Part shown: positions 34,986 through 46,151 of the stretch, piece by piece
How positions within the stretch are numbered: position 1 is the stretch's first letter
Layout: each line of letters opens with the position of its first letter
NCBI GenBank assembly: GCA_964425075.1
Contig: CAYRKM010000001.1
Span: 331,060 to 395,059, forward strand
Length of the DNA stretch: 64,000 nucleotides
Origin: an uncultured Gammaproteobacteria bacterium
GTDB lineage: Bacteria > Patescibacteriota > Microgenomatia > Levybacterales > GWA1-39-11
Reading direction: 5' to 3'
Position numbers and translations under genes: made by a program
Notes under the pieces: generated by a model
Told to the model about the DNA's origin: nothing
Seen by the model: only the letters and a program-made list of their open reading frames with translations
The model's database searches: none

Positions 34986-36746
34986 ATGGAGAATATTAGG
35001 AACTTCGCTATCATTGCGCACGTTGATCATGGTAAGTCTACTCTTGCTGACAGACTTATGGCATTAACTGGCACTTTATTTGGAAAAGACTTGGAGCAAG
35101 AACAGTTTCTTGATAGTAATCCAATTTCGCGTGAGCGGGGAATTACCATAAAGCTTGCACCGGTTCACATGAAATATAAGCATGACGGAAAAGATTATAT
35201 TTTAAATCTAATAGATACTCCCGGGCATGTTGATTTTTCGTATGAAGTAGTAAGAACTCTTTATGCATGCGAGGGGGCAGTTTTAGTCGTCGACGCAACT
35301 AAAGGAATTCAAGCCCAAACAGTTAGTCATTATAACGTTGCAAAAAGTTTGGGGTTAACTATTATCCCAGTTATTAATAAAGTGGATTTGGATAGTGCTG
35401 ATGTTGAAAAAACAGAAAGTGAGATGCATGAGAGTTTTGGGTTTGAGAAGAGTGAGATTTTACGAATTAGCGCAAAGACGGGACTTGGAGTAGAAGAATT
35501 AATTGCAAAAATCATTGAAAAAATTCCACCCCCCGCTCCATCTTTAAATGATAAAACTCAGGCTTTGATATTTGACTCAAAATATGATGAGCACCGTGGA
35601 ATTGTGATTTTTGTGAGAGTTAGTAGTGGGGAAATTAAAAAGGGGGACGAGATTATGTTTTTATCTGACAAGTCAAAGGCATTAGTTATGGATGTGGGGT
35701 TTATGTCTCCTTTATTTGTTTCAAATGATGTTCTTGCAAATGGGCAGGTAGGATATGTAATTACAAATATAAAAGATATAACGCAGGCAAAGGTTGGAGA
35801 TACCATGACTATTGCAAAAAACCCAGGAGTGTCTGTTCCTGGTTATAAAGAGCAAAAACCCTTTGTCTTTCTATCAATCTATCCAACTTCCTCCGCCGAC
35901 TTTCAAAATTTGAGAAAGTCACTACATGGTCTAAAGTTAACGGATGCGGCTTTAGCAATAGCTCCTGACTACTCAACTATTTTTGGTTCTGGATTTCGGT
36001 GTGGATTTTTGGGATTACTTCATGCGCAGATTGTAATTGAAAGACTAGAGAGGGAATATGGAATAGATTGTTTTACAGCTCCTCCAAGTATCGTGTATAG
36101 AGTTGACGGACAAGAAATCTCTTCTCCAAAAGATTTTGATATTTCAAAAAATAATATAGAAGAGCCATATATATTGGGTGAAATATATACACCTTCGGAA
36201 TATATGGGGGGTGTGCTCGATTTGGTTTATTCACTGAGAGGAAAAGAAGGGGATATTTCATATTTTGGTAACCAAGTAAGAATGACTTTTGAGATGCCGA
36301 TGGCATCCATCGTCTATGACTTTTATGATAAATTAAAGTCCGCCTCATCCGGATTTGCCTCTTTTGATTATGATTTTTTGGATTATAGATCTTCCGATCT
36401 TGAACGAGTAGACATTTCGGTTAATGACGTTATTGTGCCAGAGTTGTCATTTATTATTCACAAGACAGAAGTGCAAAGCTTTGCCCGAAAGATTACAAAA
36501 GCGTTGTCCGAAAGTATTCCAAAACACAGTTTCCAAATAGCTGTACGTGCTCAAATTGGAGGACAAATTATAGCGTCAGAAAAAATAGGTGCTTACATGA
36601 AAGATGTGACGGCAAAATTATATGGAGGAGATAGAACGCGAAAAGACAAGCTTTTAGATAAACAAAAAGAGGGAAAGAAGAAAATGAAGTCAATTGGTAA
36701 AGTTAATGTACCCAAAGAGGCATTTATGAGTGTTTTAAAAATTTAA
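34986..36746 (+). CDS. lepA: Translation elongation factor 4
   Basis: MENIRNFAIIAHVDHGKSTLADRL (G1), DTPGHVDF (G3), NKVD (G4), and the LepA C-terminal domain. The track ORF is extended upstream from a TTG at 34938. Confidence 0.9.
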   Translation: MENIRNFAIIAHVDHGKSTLADRLMALTGTLFGKDLEQEQFLDSNPISRERGITIKLAPVHMKYKHDGKDYILNLIDTPGHVDFSYEVVRTLYACEGAVLVVDATKGIQAQTVSHYNVAKSLGLTIIPVINKVDLDSADVEKTESEMHESFGFEKSEILRISAKTGLGVEELIAKIIEKIPPPAPSLNDKTQALIFDSKYDEHRGIVIFVRVSSGEIKKGDEIMFLSDKSKALVMDVGFMSPLFVSNDVLANGQVGYVITNIKDITQAKVGDTMTIAKNPGVSVPGYKEQKPFVFLSIYPTSSADFQNLRKSLHGLKLTDAALAIAPDYSTIFGSGFRCGFLGLLHAQIVIERLEREYGIDCFTAPPSIVYRVDGQEISSPKDFDISKNNIEEPYILGEIYTPSEYMGGVLDLVYSLRGKEGDISYFGNQVRMTFEMPMASIVYDFYDKLKSASSGFASFDYDFLDYRSSDLERVDISVNDVIVPELSFIIHKTEVQSFARKITKALSESIPKHSFQIAVRAQIGGQIIASEKIGAYMKDVTAKLYGGDRTRKDKLLDKQKEGKKKMKSIGKVNVPKEAFMSVLKI

Positions 36747-36750
36747 TTTT

Positions 36751-37170
36751 TTAGTTACCATAAGCCTCCCATATTGCTAATATTTGTCTTGCCGTTTTTA
36801 TTTTCCATTCATCAAAAAAAACTCTTTGCTCCTGGTTAAGATCTTCGAGAGTTTCAGGTTCAATACAAAGGTCGGTAAGCCATCCTCTCTCGTAATATCT
36901 TGTATCATCTGGATTGTAAATCGCTACGAATCCTTCAAGCCTTCGACATCCATCATTCTCGCTTCTGCTTACAAATACAGTTCCTTCGTACTTATTGTTT
37001 TGAGTTGATTCAAAATGCGCCGAAAGAACCTTTTCAGGTTGCGGCAAGCTGCCAATTGAAGGTTTCATTTTTGATTCACCATAACAATCAAGCAGAAGAT
37101 CTGCTCCCTCTCTTAATTCTGCAAGGGAAGGGGCTGGTCTTTTAGCAAACCAATCAATTCTTTCGTGCAT
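36751..37170 (-). CDS. Hypothetical protein (139 aa), GC-richer than its surroundings, no recognisable domain
   Basis: An ATG ORF with non-repetitive composition, convergent with lepA. Confidence 0.45.
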   Translation of the reverse strand: MHERIDWFAKRPAPSLAELREGADLLLDCYGESKMKPSIGSLPQPEKVLSAHFESTQNNKYEGTVFVSRSENDGCRRLEGFVAIYNPDDTRYYERGWLTDLCIEPETLEDLNQEQRVFFDEWKIKTARQILAIWEAYGN

Positions 37171-37210
37171 AAACTGAATTATAGGGTAGTTCTTAAGGGT
37201 GTCAAGTAAT

Positions 37211-38329
37211 TTAGAGAGCTAGGAAGAAGAGGCCGGCAACTATCACAAGAACGATTCCTCCAACCACAGTAAGCGTTGAGGTGATTCCTCCTGGGCTATC
37301 AATTGCCTGAGTCGGTTGGGGTGCAGTTGTCGGTGTTGTCCCTGAATCCCCTCCTGTTGATGGTGGAGTTGTAGATCCGCCAGATCCAGAACTTCCACCG
37401 CCAAGTGCGATAGTTGTAGTACAAGAATTACTAATCGCTCCGCCATTGTCAGTAAATGTAACGCTTGGAGCAAAACTACCACCGGCTGTGAAGGTGTGAG
37501 ACAACTCTGAAGTAACCTGAGCAGTTCCCATGCCAGTTGTTGCGTCCTGCACTGTTCCATCGCCAAAGTTAAAAGTAGCTTTTTGGATGGTTCCATCAGG
37601 GTCATTTCCTGTAGCTGTAAAGGTAAGTGCCACGGGGGCTGATCCTGAAGCAGTTGTTGAGGTAAGATTTGAGCAGGCCGGAGAAACGTTGGCTGTTGTT
37701 GTTGGAGTTGGAGTAGTTGGAGCTTGAGTTGGAGAAACAGTAACTGAAGGGGAAGGTGAGGCTCCAGTACAAGCACCTGCGGTTATGGCAATTTGTAATG
37801 GGCTTGAGCCTGCAGCATTAAATACATTTTCTCCTTCTCCGTCAGCCAAAGAGCGAACCTCGGTGCCTACAGAATCGATATTGATTTTTGCAGGAGTCCC
37901 ATCAGTTGGAGTTAGTGGCTTAATAGTAAGGGTACCAACTGTTGCCGTTGAGGTAATTGCCTTAGTTACATCCGCCCCAATTGTTAAAGTTGTCTTAAGG
38001 CTTCCATTTGTAATATCAGGACCGCTTAAGACTTGAGGAAATGTTGTAAGGTTGGGGGTAAATTCTACATTAAATTTGGTCGCGTCCCACGAAAGTTGTA
38101 GTTTTACGGTTGCAACTACATTTTGGCCAGGGTTAAGAACTAAATTGGTGGTGACATTACTACATTGGTCAGTTTGAAGACTAGGAGGATTAAAAGATAA
38201 TGTTGTTGTGGGAGCAGCACTTCCACGAGTAGAGGTTTGGTTCCTTATTATAAAAAGGGTAACGGGAATAATAATAAGGATAAATGCAAGATTTCCTAGG
38301 AGAAAATATTTATTTTTTAATATATTCAT
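37211..38329 (-). CDS. Cell-surface protein with an N-terminal TM/signal anchor, a PKD-like domain, Thr/Ser/Gly-rich linkers and the same C-terminal hydrophobic tail as the 29617-30999 protein
   Basis: PKD-like TFNFGDGT...SHTFTAGGSFAPSVTFTDNGG. The C-terminus reads SPGGITSTLTVVGGIVLVIVAGLFFLAL. Confidence 0.55.
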   Translation of the reverse strand: MNILKNKYFLLGNLAFILIIIPVTLFIIRNQTSTRGSAAPTTTLSFNPPSLQTDQCSNVTTNLVLNPGQNVVATVKLQLSWDATKFNVEFTPNLTTFPQVLSGPDITNGSLKTTLTIGADVTKAITSTATVGTLTIKPLTPTDGTPAKINIDSVGTEVRSLADGEGENVFNAAGSSPLQIAITAGACTGASPSPSVTVSPTQAPTTPTPTTTANVSPACSNLTSTTASGSAPVALTFTATGNDPDGTIQKATFNFGDGTVQDATTGMGTAQVTSELSHTFTAGGSFAPSVTFTDNGGAISNSCTTTIALGGGSSGSGGSTTPPSTGGDSGTTPTTAPQPTQAIDSPGGITSTLTVVGGIVLVIVAGLFFLAL

Positions 38330-38443
38330 GTAAGTTAGCGTGCTATCACACCATACAATACCTGCAAGGCAGGGATGATACTAGCGTAGAAGATTTGAAA
38401 ACATTTTGCAAGCAATCTTTTTACGGTCATCTTTAGCAGACTA

Positions 38444-38473
38444 CTTGACAAATTGATAACACGTATAGTATAA
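38444..38473 (+). promoter_or_regulatory. Sigma70-like promoter TTGACA-18-TATAAA of the groES-groEL operon
   Basis: TTGACAaattgataacacgtatagTATAAA. The predicted TSS lies about 10 nt before the conserved palindrome. Confidence 0.5.
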
Positions 38474-38490
38474 ATTGAATCTGAGTTTAG

Positions 38491-38590
38491 TATACCGACA
38501 ACTCTTGTTCAAATGCCCAACTGGCCATTTGAACTGAGACTCTCGGTATATTTCTCGCTCAAGGACTTAAATTTATAAGGCTCGAAATAT
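38491..38590 (+). promoter_or_regulatory. Conserved ~60-bp three-part imperfect palindrome plus a ~40-nt conserved tail in the groES 5' leader; a second copy lies upstream of dnaJ
   Basis: TATACCGAcaactctTGTTCAAATGcCCAACTGGcCATTTGAACtgagactcTCGGTATA at 38491-38550 is about 95% identical to 63126-63185. The following ttctcgctcaaggactta...gctcgaaatat is also shared. It does not match the CIRCE consensus TTAGCACTC-N9-GAGTGCTAA. Confidence 0.6.
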
Positions 38591-38606
38591 AAATTGGTTC
38601 TGTAAT

Positions 38607-38918
38607 ATGAACAAACAGGCAAAAAATCCAACAATAAAACCACTTTTTTCTAATGTATTAATAAAACCTGTTGAGGCTGAGGAGAGAACCGCTTCAGGAA
38701 TTATTCTCCCAGATAGCGCTAAGGAAAAACCACAGATTGGTCTTGTTATGGCGATTGGTGAGGGTGAATTAGATGATGGGGAGATAGTAAAAAATTCAAT
38801 GCATGTAAAAGTGGGAGATACAGTAATGTACAAAAAATGGGGCGGAAATGAAGTAAAAGTTGGAAATGAAGAATGGACAATAGTTGAGCAGAAAGATATT
38901 CTGGCCATCGTTTCATAA
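38607..38918 (+). CDS. groES: Co-chaperonin GroES
   Basis: TIKPLFSNVLIKPVEAEERTASGIILPDSAKEKPQIGLVMAIGEG...VKVGDTVMYKKWGGNEV. Confidence 0.9.
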   Translation: MNKQAKNPTIKPLFSNVLIKPVEAEERTASGIILPDSAKEKPQIGLVMAIGEGELDDGEIVKNSMHVKVGDTVMYKKWGGNEVKVGNEEWTIVEQKDILAIVS

Positions 38919-39019
38919 ACGATGAATTACTAAGCACTAAATTCGAAATACGAAACGAATTCAAATGTTTCAAATTGAAAAAATTGGAATTTTAAAATTA
39001 TTTAGAATTTAGAAATTAG

Positions 39020-40702
<1,683 letters not shown>

Positions 40703-40828
40703 ATTAGCTTCTAGTATCTAGTGTTTAGTTTCAAATTATTTAATTCTCAGATTTTCAATTCCCAATAGATTTTGAGTTCTTATTACCTTAAACTAATAGC
40801 TAATTACTAACATCTAGTAACTAATCCT

Positions 40829-41647
40829 ATGATTGATGCGCATTGTCACATGCAGTTTGAGAAGTTTGGGGAAGACTCAGATAGCGTTATTAAAGACGCC
40901 TTTGCAAATGGACTTACTCATTTGGTAAATACTGGAACCTCAATTGATTCTTCAAAGAAAGCGATAGCGCTTGCTGAAAAATATGACAATACGTATGCGA
41001 TTGTCGGAATTCATCCACATCATGCTGATAAGAGTGACGTAAAATACGAAGGTTTGATGCCAGAAGATTGGTTAATACAGCTTGAGGAATTAGCAAAAAA
41101 CCCCAAAGTTATAGGAATTGGTGAGGTGGGGATGGATTATTGGAATTACAGGACAAATGGAATAGTCCCAAAGGACTTACAAGAAGACGCTTTCCGCAAA
41201 CAAATTGAACTATCAATTAAGTTAGGTTTACCTCTGCAAATTCATACTCGTCTTGCATGGGATGACACATTAAGTATTTTATCTGATTACAAAGCAAGGC
41301 TTAAAAATCCTCCCGGAATGTTTCATTGTTTTTCAGGAGATATAAATTTTGCAAGGAAGGTTTTGGAAATGGGGTTTTATGTTGGGTTTGACGGAAATAT
41401 AACCTATGGAGGAATTCCTCCAGGAGAGTCAACATCATTACAAGATTTGGTGGATTTTGTTCCAGTGGACAGAATTTTGACCGAGACAGATGCGCCTTTT
41501 CTCTCACCAGTTCCTCTTCGAGGAACTAGAAACGAGCCAAAAAACATAAAGATAATTCTTGAATTTATTGCACAACGAAAGGGGATTTCATATAATACAC
41601 TTGAAGCTCAGGTTGAGCGTAATTTCCGTGCCGTTTTTTCAATTTAA
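40829..41647 (+). CDS. tatD: TatD-family metal-dependent hydrolase/DNase
   Basis: MIDAHCHMQF, GEVGMDY and the conserved TETDAPFLSP. Confidence 0.85.
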   Translation: MIDAHCHMQFEKFGEDSDSVIKDAFANGLTHLVNTGTSIDSSKKAIALAEKYDNTYAIVGIHPHHADKSDVKYEGLMPEDWLIQLEELAKNPKVIGIGEVGMDYWNYRTNGIVPKDLQEDAFRKQIELSIKLGLPLQIHTRLAWDDTLSILSDYKARLKNPPGMFHCFSGDINFARKVLEMGFYVGFDGNITYGGIPPGESTSLQDLVDFVPVDRILTETDAPFLSPVPLRGTRNEPKNIKIILEFIAQRKGISYNTLEAQVERNFRAVFSI

Positions 41648-41660
41648 TATTTAATTGCCC

Positions 41661-43160
41661 ATGCACTTACTTTTTGAGAAACTTTTTACCCGCTACCCTA
41701 TAAAAACCAGGCGTGCTTTAGAAATATTGCCTCCATTTATAGCATTTTTTCTAATAACCCTTCCAATTTGGGGAGCATATTTTTTCCCATTTTCAATGGC
41801 AATCTTTATCATTTTCTTTGATGTCTACTGGTTTTATAAATCAGTTAATTTGGTTGTAAATTCATATATTGCTTCCCGAAAAATAAAAGCAGCAGAGAGA
41901 ACCGATTGGCTTTCAAAAGCAAAACTTCACAACGATTTTTCGAAGGTAACGCATCTTATTATTATTCCTAGTTATAAGGAAAGTTATGAAAAAATATCAG
42001 AAACAATTGAGAGCATTAAGTCCCAAACTTTACCATTAAAACAACTCTATGTTTATCTAGCGCTTGAGGCAAGGGAGGAAAATGTAGGGTTAAAAGCCGA
42101 GAAATTAAAAAAGGAATTTGGAAATCATTTTGGTGGTTTTAGTTATACATTGCATCCCGATCTTCCAGACGAAGTAAAAGGAAAGTCGTCAAACCAAGCA
42201 TATGCTGCGTCGGACGCCTACAAAAAATTAATCAAAAAAGGAGGAGTGGATATTAACTTTATGACGGTAACTTCATGTGACGCGGATGTTATTTTTGACA
42301 AACAATTTTACGCATACCTTACCTACTCATTTCTTACGGTTCCTGACCCTCACTATACCTTTTGGCAGTCTGCAAATGTGACATATAATAATTTTTGGCA
42401 GGTTCCCTCATTTACTCGGGTCATTTCTTTTTTTGGAGGTCTTTGGAGGACGTCAGTTCTTGTACAGCATGCGCGTCTTGTTCCAAATTCAGTTTATACA
42501 CTCCCCTTTAAATTATTGATGGATATAGGAAATTGGGATACGGACGTAATTCCTGAAGACTATCGTATTTTCTTTAAGGCATTTTTTAGAACCAAAGGAA
42601 GGGTAACAGTTGAGCCAATATTTCTTAAAACCTCGATGGATGCTGCCCAATCTCAGTCTTACGTAAGAAGTCTTATGAATAAATACCATCAAGAAAGACG
42701 TTGGTCATGGGGAGTGGCAGATGACGCTACTTATGTTAAGTGGTACTTAACCGTAAAGGGAGTTCCATTTTGGAGGAAAACAATGCTGGTATCAAATGTA
42801 TTATTAGATCATATTCTTTGGCCAGTTAATTGGTTTATTATCACAATTTCTGCAAATTTAGTGGCGTATGTAAATCCTGTTTTTACAAGAACAGCGCTTG
42901 GATATTCACTTCCGCAAATTTCGGCATTTATATTAACGCTTTGTATCGTTTCTCTTCTTGCAATGATTTATGTTGATTATACTTTGGGACCAAAAAAGGA
43001 CCATGCGAAACATTCAAGGCTCAGACGATTTCTATTTCCCATTGAATTTCTTTTCATGCCTGTTGGGGGATTTTTCTTGTCAGCGCTCCCGGCTTTGATT
43101 TCTCACATTCAATTAATTAGTGGAAAGAGATTGGAATATAAGGTAACTGATAAGGTTTAA
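41661..43160 (+). CDS. Membrane-embedded GT2-family glycosyltransferase (processive-synthase-like, TM helices at both ends)
   Basis: IIIPSYKE at the start of the GT-A fold, a TSCDAD DxD motif, and flanking TM segments. The track ORF starts at a TTG 6 nt upstream of the ATG. Confidence 0.65.
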   Translation: MHLLFEKLFTRYPIKTRRALEILPPFIAFFLITLPIWGAYFFPFSMAIFIIFFDVYWFYKSVNLVVNSYIASRKIKAAERTDWLSKAKLHNDFSKVTHLIIIPSYKESYEKISETIESIKSQTLPLKQLYVYLALEAREENVGLKAEKLKKEFGNHFGGFSYTLHPDLPDEVKGKSSNQAYAASDAYKKLIKKGGVDINFMTVTSCDADVIFDKQFYAYLTYSFLTVPDPHYTFWQSANVTYNNFWQVPSFTRVISFFGGLWRTSVLVQHARLVPNSVYTLPFKLLMDIGNWDTDVIPEDYRIFFKAFFRTKGRVTVEPIFLKTSMDAAQSQSYVRSLMNKYHQERRWSWGVADDATYVKWYLTVKGVPFWRKTMLVSNVLLDHILWPVNWFIITISANLVAYVNPVFTRTALGYSLPQISAFILTLCIVSLLAMIYVDYTLGPKKDHAKHSRLRRFLFPIEFLFMPVGGFFLSALPALISHIQLISGKRLEYKVTDKV

Positions 43161-43222
43161 TTTCAAGTGCTGTTACCTTGCGTCCTGCAAAGCAGGCCTA
43201 AAAGTAACAGACAAAGTTTAGA

Positions 43223-44698
43223 ATGAATAACTTCTTGGCTAATGGTATTCAAATTATTCAAAAAAAACCGGTTGCGGTATTCTTGGTTGGAATTTCGTTG
43301 ATGTTTTTCTTTCTTAGACTACCTTCTCTGATAGAGCCAAATTGGTATGGGGATGAAGGGATTTACCAGGTAATAGGAAAAGTATTACACGATGGGGGCC
43401 TTTTATATAGGGATACGTGGGACAACAAACCTCCATTATTATATCTTCTATACGCCATTTTTAATGGTAATTTACTTTGGGTAAAACTTGCCTCTCTTAT
43501 AACCGGTACGGCAAGCGCAATGATCTTTTTTGTAATTTCAAAACGATTATTTAAAGGTTCAATTCCCTATATTGTGACTTTTTTATACACACTTCTTTTT
43601 GCAACTCCAGTTCTTGAAGGAAACATAGCAAATGCTGAAAATTTCATGATGTTGCCTACCCTAATCTCGTTTTATTTCCTGCTTTCATATTTGAAAACAC
43701 GAAAAAATAATTTCTTGGTTTTTGCAGGATTTTTACTTTCAATTTCATTCCTTTTTAAGATAGTCGCCTTTTTTGATTTTTTGGCGTTTCTAACTTTTCT
43801 GGTGCTTTTGAATTGGGAGAAAATTTATAAGAGTTCTCGAATTGTCGTAAAAAATTTGTTCCCTGAAGCTATTTTTTCTGTAAGCTTTGTCTCTCTGTTT
43901 TTTATTTCTGCTGCGTTTTTTATTTTAAAGGATGCTTTCAAGCCTTTTTATAGTGCTGTATTTGGAGATAATATTGGATATGTAGGATTTGAAAATTCCC
44001 TGGTGTTTCCTATGGGAATTCTTATCTTTAAGTCCATACTTTTGGTTGGAGTAATTTTCTACCTTTTCCTTAAAAGAAATAAACTCTTGCCAATTTCATT
44101 ACTTTTATATATATGGTTAGCTTTTAGTCTTTATAACGCATTCTTCTCGCACAGAGCCTACACTCATTACCTTTTGGTTTTACTGCCCGTATTCTGTCTT
44201 CTTATTGGGCATATGATGTCCTATCGCAAAACTCGACTGCTAGACGTAGGGCTTATGGTTGCAATTATTGCAAGTGCGACAATGCATTTCACTCTTTATA
44301 AATATACCTATCCTTATTACAAAAATTATTTTGAATTTATCTCAGGCAGGATTGATATTACTGCATATCAATTATTCTTCGACAGAAATACTCCTCGGGA
44401 TTATGAAATTGCAAGCTTTATTAGATTAAATTCTAGCGGTGAGGATAAAATATTTTTGTGGTCTGATAGTGCTCAAATATATACTTTATCCAATACGATG
44501 CCAATCGGAAGGTATATAGTTGCATACCATATAACATTTTATCCTGATGCAATTGAGGAGACAAAAAAGAATATAGAAAAATATAAGCCTCGTTTTATTG
44601 TTCAAACTGCTGATTATCCTCAAATAAGGAATTTCTTGTCTTCATACGACTTACGGTATAGAATTCAAGGTGTAACAATATATGAAAGAGAAATTTAA
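43223..44698 (+). CDS. ArnT/PMT-like (GT83/GT39-type) GT-C membrane glycosyltransferase
   Basis: The first periplasmic loop NWYGDEGIYQVIGKVLHDGGLLYRDTWDNKPPLLY (signature DE...DNKPP). Confidence 0.7.
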   Translation: MNNFLANGIQIIQKKPVAVFLVGISLMFFFLRLPSLIEPNWYGDEGIYQVIGKVLHDGGLLYRDTWDNKPPLLYLLYAIFNGNLLWVKLASLITGTASAMIFFVISKRLFKGSIPYIVTFLYTLLFATPVLEGNIANAENFMMLPTLISFYFLLSYLKTRKNNFLVFAGFLLSISFLFKIVAFFDFLAFLTFLVLLNWEKIYKSSRIVVKNLFPEAIFSVSFVSLFFISAAFFILKDAFKPFYSAVFGDNIGYVGFENSLVFPMGILIFKSILLVGVIFYLFLKRNKLLPISLLLYIWLAFSLYNAFFSHRAYTHYLLVLLPVFCLLIGHMMSYRKTRLLDVGLMVAIIASATMHFTLYKYTYPYYKNYFEFISGRIDITAYQLFFDRNTPRDYEIASFIRLNSSGEDKIFLWSDSAQIYTLSNTMPIGRYIVAYHITFYPDAIEETKKNIEKYKPRFIVQTADYPQIRNFLSSYDLRYRIQGVTIYEREI

Positions 44699-45035
44699 GC
44701 CGCTTGTAACTGATCAATTTACACGCATCTCACTTTTACTAAGTCTTTTATTTATTATTCCACTTATCATACTTATATTTTTTACATTTTCAAAACTTCC
44801 ACCCTACATACCATTTTTTAATAGTATGCCTTGGGGAGAGGAAAGATTATTCTCGTCAAAAATTGCAATTTTTCTTCCGGCAATATTATTGGTAGTATTT
44901 ACTATGAATGTTTTCCAAGCTGTATACGTTTACAAGAGATATGCATTGGTTGCAAGAATTGTAATGTTTAATTCATTTCTGTTTTTATTGTTAAGCCTAC
45001 TTGCTTATTTGCAGATATTATTTTTGTCATATTAA
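44682..45035 (+). CDS. Small hypothetical membrane protein (117 aa, 3 TM)
   Basis: A hydrophobic ORF that overlaps both neighbours by a few codons. It has no motif. Confidence 0.4.
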   Translation: MKEKFKPLVTDQFTRISLLLSLLFIIPLIILIFFTFSKLPPYIPFFNSMPWGEERLFSSKIAIFLPAILLVVFTMNVFQAVYVYKRYALVARIVMFNSFLFLLLSLLAYLQILFLSY

Positions 45036-45036
45036 T

Positions 45037-46095
45037 ATGTGGATACAACTTTTTAGCTTGGGATTGACGGCGCTTGTTGTTACTGCAATTTCGGTACCAT
45101 TCGTAATAAAGTTTGCAAAAAAAGTCCATTTAATGGATGACCCAAAAACTCATAAGCATCCTGCAATTCTTCACACAAAACCTATTCCACGAGCCGGAGG
45201 TCTTGCCTTGTTTATCGGGATTGCTGTGACATCACTTATTTTCCTTCCTCTTGATTCTTTTCTGAGAACGGTTTTGATAGGTAGCTTACTTGTTGTTTTT
45301 ACAGGGATTTTGGATGATAAATTCGATCTTTCTCCATATCTTCGTTTTTTGCTAAATATTTTAGCTGCAGGGATTGCCGTATATGGTGGAGTGGAAATTC
45401 CTCTGATTACAAATCCACTGGGTGGAATTTTGCAATTCACAGGTTGGGAATTCCCGATTCTTAATCTTTTTGTTATTCAAATATCAGATGTTCTTGCAAT
45501 TATTTGGATTGTCTGGGTAATGAACATGTTGAATTGGAGTAAGGGAGTGGATGGACAACTTCCAGGTATTGCGGCAATTTCAGCTATTGTCATAGGAATT
45601 GCGTCTCTTCGGTTTGCAACACTTGATCAGGTTAATGTTACAGCCTCTCAACTATCCTTTATTGTGGCAGGAGCATCCTTAGGGTTTTTAATTTTCAATT
45701 TTTATCCTGCCAAAATTTTTCCAGGGTATAGTGCAACAATTTTAGGATATCTACTTGGAATACTTTCAATTACATCAGGAGTTAAATTGGCAACCGCTGT
45801 ACTTGTAATGGGAGTTCCAACAGTGGATGCGTTAATTACTATCACCAGAAGGCTTATATCAGGTAAATCTCCCTTCTGGCACGATAGGGGTCATCTTCAT
45901 CATTTATTATTAAATTACGGAATGGGACATAGAAGTATTGCTGTGTTTTATTGGTTAATGTCTTTGGTTTTGGGGGTTGTAGCATTAAGCGCATCAAGTA
46001 GAGGTAAAGTTTTTGCTATAATTCTAGTGGTGGTTGTTGTGACAGGGTTTATATTCATGTTAAGAATTGCGGGTAAACGCCAGGATTATGATTAA
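45037..46095 (+). CDS. Polyprenyl-phosphate N-acetylhexosamine-1-phosphate transferase (WecA/TagO/MraY family, GT4)
   Basis: DD..D (ILDDKFDL), the VMNMLNWSKGVDGQLPGIA signature and a C-terminal HHLLL. The start was chosen at MWIQLF (45037) to avoid overlap; the track gives 45001. Confidence 0.75.
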   Translation: MWIQLFSLGLTALVVTAISVPFVIKFAKKVHLMDDPKTHKHPAILHTKPIPRAGGLALFIGIAVTSLIFLPLDSFLRTVLIGSLLVVFTGILDDKFDLSPYLRFLLNILAAGIAVYGGVEIPLITNPLGGILQFTGWEFPILNLFVIQISDVLAIIWIVWVMNMLNWSKGVDGQLPGIAAISAIVIGIASLRFATLDQVNVTASQLSFIVAGASLGFLIFNFYPAKIFPGYSATILGYLLGILSITSGVKLATAVLVMGVPTVDALITITRRLISGKSPFWHDRGHLHHLLLNYGMGHRSIAVFYWLMSLVLGVVALSASSRGKVFAIILVVVVVTGFIFMLRIAGKRQDYD

Positions 46096-46151
46096 TGAAG
46101 TTAATTGCAAACTTTAAAGCGAGTAACAAAATTAGATTAGTGGTTCAATGA

